Below, piece after piece: positions 59,257 to 64,000 of a stretch of DNA of 64,000 nucleotides. The first letter of the stretch is position 1. Each line of letters starts with the position of its first letter. The DNA is taken from the NCBI GenBank assembly GCA_002633005.1, contig NMRA01000090.1:916736-980735 (forward strand). The letters run 5' to 3'. Source of the stretch: Phoronis australis (Eukaryota > Animalia > Phoronida). The notes below the pieces were generated by a model. The model made no database searches, was not told the origin of the DNA, and was given only the letters and a program-made list of their open reading frames with translations. Both the position numbers and the translations under genes were made by a program.

Positions 59257-62200
59257 TGTTGTGCGCAAACTCAACCCAGGCTTCGCAGCTAGATACACTA
59301 TTTCATCAACAGGGCTACGCTCCGTAGACGCAAGGAACTAGCGAAAATTCGATATCGATTAAGTCTTCGCAAGATATCGTTACAAATGAACTTGAACAGG
59401 CCAGCTTTTCACGCGAATTCCACGCGCCAGCGGAGCGCAGCCCAGGTATCACAGCTTGACATCAACACTCCATCGTTGCACTCGAGTAGGCCTACTTCAG
59501 AGAAGATACGGTAATTGTTCGCTTAGCGCATTTACTTAAACAAATTTGCCTATGGAATTTTTAAAGTACCGGGTACTCTTATTCGCGCACTGAGTGTTGG
59601 CAGCACCTTTTAAATTTTCAAGAGACGCTTGAGGTCGGAGTTGATATTTACAAAGCATTTAAGTTATAAATTTGCTTCTAAACCTGACTTTTTGATGAGC
59701 ATTCAAGCTAGTTCCATCATATCACGTGCAACAATTTAGCTATGCTTGGCATTCTATGTTAATTTCATATACATGTGCCTCATTTAAACGCCGAGCACTT
59801 TATTCAAAGACAGTGGGCTGCTAAAATTGTAAATTCCAAATCATGGTTTAAAACAAACTGTTATTAAGGTAAGGTAATTTTTTGTACAGTTTTTAATTAC
59901 CTTAATTTTTCGCAGACAGCAAGCGGGAAAAATACTAGAATTTGTTGTTTACCATTAACGTTGTTTTTCTGCACTCAATAGCCGCGAAATTTAGTTTTCA
60001 CGCAGTTGCATACAGAAAAATCTACTCCTGCAAATCTCAAAATGATGATATGTATTGACCTGACAATAAACAAACTTGTAGGAACATATTCCTCAAGGAA
60101 ATCAATCCAGTATATTGTTTTCAATTTAAAGATTAGCCAGCTCAAGCCGTCTGAACAATGAATTGTGGAAATTCGAAAACCGTTATATTCCAGTGTGAAG
60201 ACATGTGGGTAAAAATGCGCAGACGGTGATAAAAGCAGAGACACAGTTAGACTATGATGATCAGTTTTATCAGAGGGTGCCAAAATTAAAGACAGTCTCT
60301 TAACAACGGTTACTAAGAAATCGCCTTACTTTAGTGAACAGACTTGCGCTACATAGCAACCTACAAGGTTGTTCAATTGCTAGATTTTGTAAAACATTTC
60401 ACGATTATTTTGATTTGGATGAGCTAAAGTTTGGGCACTTTTTATAGCAACAGTTAATAATTAACGCGTTACCATAGCAACCACTAACTATCGCAGCAGC
60501 TGTGAAGCAATGTACATAACAGATGGCAATAAATGTTCATAATTCTTGTGAAAAAATATGAGTAATATTCTTATGGACTGAAAAGGGGCAAATCTTCTGT
60601 TTCTCAATCCAAGATCAATGACTACATTTCATCTGCAGGTACGGTTAGAGTCAATTAAGTCAATCAAGATTTGAAGCAACTTGTCAGGTTTACAAGCCTA
60701 CTTATCCCCTAATTTTGTGCTTGACACACGAATAATGGTACTCAAAAGTTTTCGTAGTGCCAAATAAATAACACAAGCAGGCACAACAGCTACGATGGCT
60801 GTACTGACTCCTGTTTATATAACATGTGTGTAATGGAGTGACCTCAAGATGGCGCTACCCTGAAATTGGGCAGTTTCCGCAATGGAATCTGTCTATAGCT
60901 ACGGTTCTTTGGACATAGGATGCATTTGAAATCAAGTAGCTAAGACATCTGACATCGGCATCAATTACCAAGGTGAGAAGAAATCTTTACTTCAGGACTT
61001 CTTCCGACCAAAGCTGAATTATGGTAACGTCTTTGTTGCACAATAGGCGCCGTGATAACGTTGACGTCACCCAGCTGTATCGTCACCAAGGCAGAATTCA
61101 GTAAGGTTAGGAACGTGCTAAAAAGCAAGACTTCGCCCTCTATTTTCAATGAGAGCACGCCGTGATTTTGGCTGGATTTTTCTCGCGGCGAGACAGCTAA
61201 CGGAACTCCACCCTGGCCGCCTGATGGCGGGGGATGGGTAAGTCCAGAAAAAATATGCACCCGTATTGACATCCTAGCTGATTATAACGTAACTCCTTTT
61301 ATAGTGGGCGATGCACGTTCTGTTCTCGCACGGTTCCCGCTGAGTGATTATGACGTCCTAACTGGTAGCTGCTTGTCGCTGGGCACACATATTCGATTCA
61401 GTTTTTAAGTAAAACTATTTAATCATAACTATAAATATTTATGAATAATAGGTGTTAATTTTGATTTGTGATTGCAGTTGATAATTAAATTAATTCACAA
61501 TAGTATACGAGCTGGCAATATTTACCGGTATCCTGAGCTTGAGCACGGCAAATGTACAATTGGTCGCACACAACGTGACCACATTTGAGAACCAGCTTTC
61601 TCTGCTAAATGACGGGCATCAAACTGGTTCGCAAAATACGGGCACGCTATATTCAACTGCTGCCGCAGATGCAAAAAGCCGGGTGTGAATGCTACGTAAT
61701 TTGTAAATATGATAAGGAATTCTGAATTGTACAGAACGTAGATTGAAACGTTACATCTTCAACGAGACGGATTCGGTCGCAATTCCCGAGACCAACATTC
61801 GCAACAAAAATTGTTCCTGGTAGCCACGGTTAACATGTTTCTTAGAAACTACTACCAAGAGGCTATTTTTATCAGATTTTACCTAAAATCATCATTGCAG
61901 TATTTTTTCAAAAATGGGAACTCTTAGCAAATGAATAATACAATTCAAAACGCAGCACGTGGCTGAAACAGTATGTTTGCTATAAAAGAAGACAATTTCC
62001 TTGCAACCATCGCGAAGAAAATGTCCAAAATGTTGGCCCTTCCCTCCCGCTAAAATGTCCAGAGTAATCTAAAGTACCAATGTGCCCTGCTCCTTGCTTT
62101 TATCACGACATGAAACAATGTATCAGCACGCACTATCGCTGTCTGCACACGACACTATGCGAGTGCATGTGTTCAATACCGGTGCACAGCTGAATGAGAC

Positions 62201-64000
62201 CGTGACTATATCCAGAATATTAGGCGCATGCGCCTACCTGTATATGGGAAAATTTACTAAGTATAACCAAGAATCAAATGAAAAAAGTTCTCTGAGTAAC
62301 AATGACCTTTTCTTTTCAAAATTGGAGACGTTGACATGTACTCAATACTGAAACTAAACAAAAACATTAAGCGCGACGTGCATATACGGTTAAAAGGAAG
62401 TAGCCGAGCGACCCTACATTGTGAAAAGTTTTGCGTGATCTCATGTTTTCTTGTGGCCTGTGCAACACAATCCCGCCTCCCGTTCAGTAACTCATGGACC
62501 TAGCTAAAGGCAAGACTTCGCAAGATTACGTGAGACGTTGCCGTGTATTCCAAGTCAGAACACATGACTTTGACTAGATTTTAGCTAGGCCCTAGCGTAC
62601 ATGTAAGTCTTAGCTTTAATGAACGCACGCCCGGTGTACTTCCAGGTCAAAATAATAGCTTCAACGACCTTCTTGCAACTTATTAAAAACTGGTTTTTAT
62701 TTTTTTCTCCAGAAAATAAGCCGCAAAACTGTTTTTACCTCGATATGCCTGCAAACAATTTAACAAGCATTAGGAAATCAATCCTACAAGCTCATTTGAC
62801 AGAACACAAGTAAATGCCTATAACCATGAAGCTTTTCACCAAGAAGATTTAATTATATAGGTCTCCTGAATTGACTTCAAGACGACCGTATCTAATTTCA
62901 CAATTGTAATTTGTTTTTCGGGCGATGGTCAAGGCCAAACGAAAGTACGCGAGATAGGCTTTGGCAATGTTCATATGCAGGGGTAGGTTTCACAGTGAGC
63001 AAACATTCGAACATGAGATAAATTGCACGTCATGTGTTCGAACCCTATTCTATTTTTTGTTAATTGTGGGTTATGAACATACGAAATTACACCAACACGA
63101 AAAAAATATTCTTGCAATCTCTTGCCAACACTATCGGCGAATAGGTAAGAAAGCATAGGGGCTGTTTGACTGGCGGGGTTTGACACTGGGGGCAGATCAC
63201 ATGCTAAGCGATCGCAAGTGATTTTTTCGAAGGGTGTATCAAACGTCTGATGCCATGTGAACGTTGTGTGGCCACGCTTTCGGAGGCCACAAATTCTCCA
63301 ACTCCAATCAGACTTAAGGCAGCGTAACTCGTAAAAACACAATCTAGGCTATGCGCTTCAACCCAGAAATAACGCAACCATGGCAACTAACGTTATGTCC
63401 ACTCATTTCAAAACTTTTTCTCCAATAAGTTTATGTATACGAGTAATTACTGTCACCCCAACGAATGCCGTTACAGTCCACAAGAACAACACGCATATAC
63501 ACGTACGCACGCACGCACACACGCGCGCGTGGAAAGCGGCATGAATCTAGTGTTTAAGAATTGAATGTGTCATAGAAGATTACACTCCCAAAATTTAGCA
63601 TGGTTACAATTATAAAAAATGCTTTCATTTATATGTGAGCATTTCCTGGACAGATTTTCTTGTTCCAAATTTTTATTTCTTAGTTCGTATTATTTTTTCT
63701 GCAAAACACATCACGACAAAAATAACAAAACATTGTATACGTAGAATAGATAAATATATGTGTCAAGACATAAACATGACAAGACGTGTACATATGATTT
63801 CATTTAAAGTCATGTGACATTATTCCTGGAATTCCTTTCAGATGTTTTTTGCAAGGCTTGGCCGACCAAGGAAAACGTTATTGGAGACACAGGCTTGTTC
63901 AAAAAACTTCTACTGAGTGAGACATAATTTTCTGTTTGGCTGTGGCAAAGCACTGACTCTGGTCATCGCCATGACTGTTAACAATTGAAACGGGCACAGG

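Overview
Eukaryotic, AT-rich animal genomic DNA; the gene and repeat content suggests a marine lophotrochozoan-type invertebrate (inference). Bases 235-23321 (+) hold the 3' part of an AP-3 complex beta subunit gene (co-ortholog of AP3B1/AP3B2). I reconstructed 18 phase-consistent GT-AG exons (2829 nt, 942 aa + stop; N-terminus lies outside the window), plus a candidate 24-nt microexon (8104-8127) and a candidate 108-nt hinge cassette exon (16936-17043). The remaining ~40 kb is repeat-rich. It contains a full-length but frameshifted PGBD3-like piggyBac (41559-44047) with an intron in its transposase gene and three internal 16-bp palindromes, a HERO/R2-type retrotransposon relic, a single-coding-exon peptide-type class A GPCR (46089-47084, -), and many MITEs, minisatellites and foldback elements. 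Most short ORFs in the supplied track are spurious or repeat-derived. No prokaryotic-type system or CRISPR array is present. All calls are by eye, without database searches.
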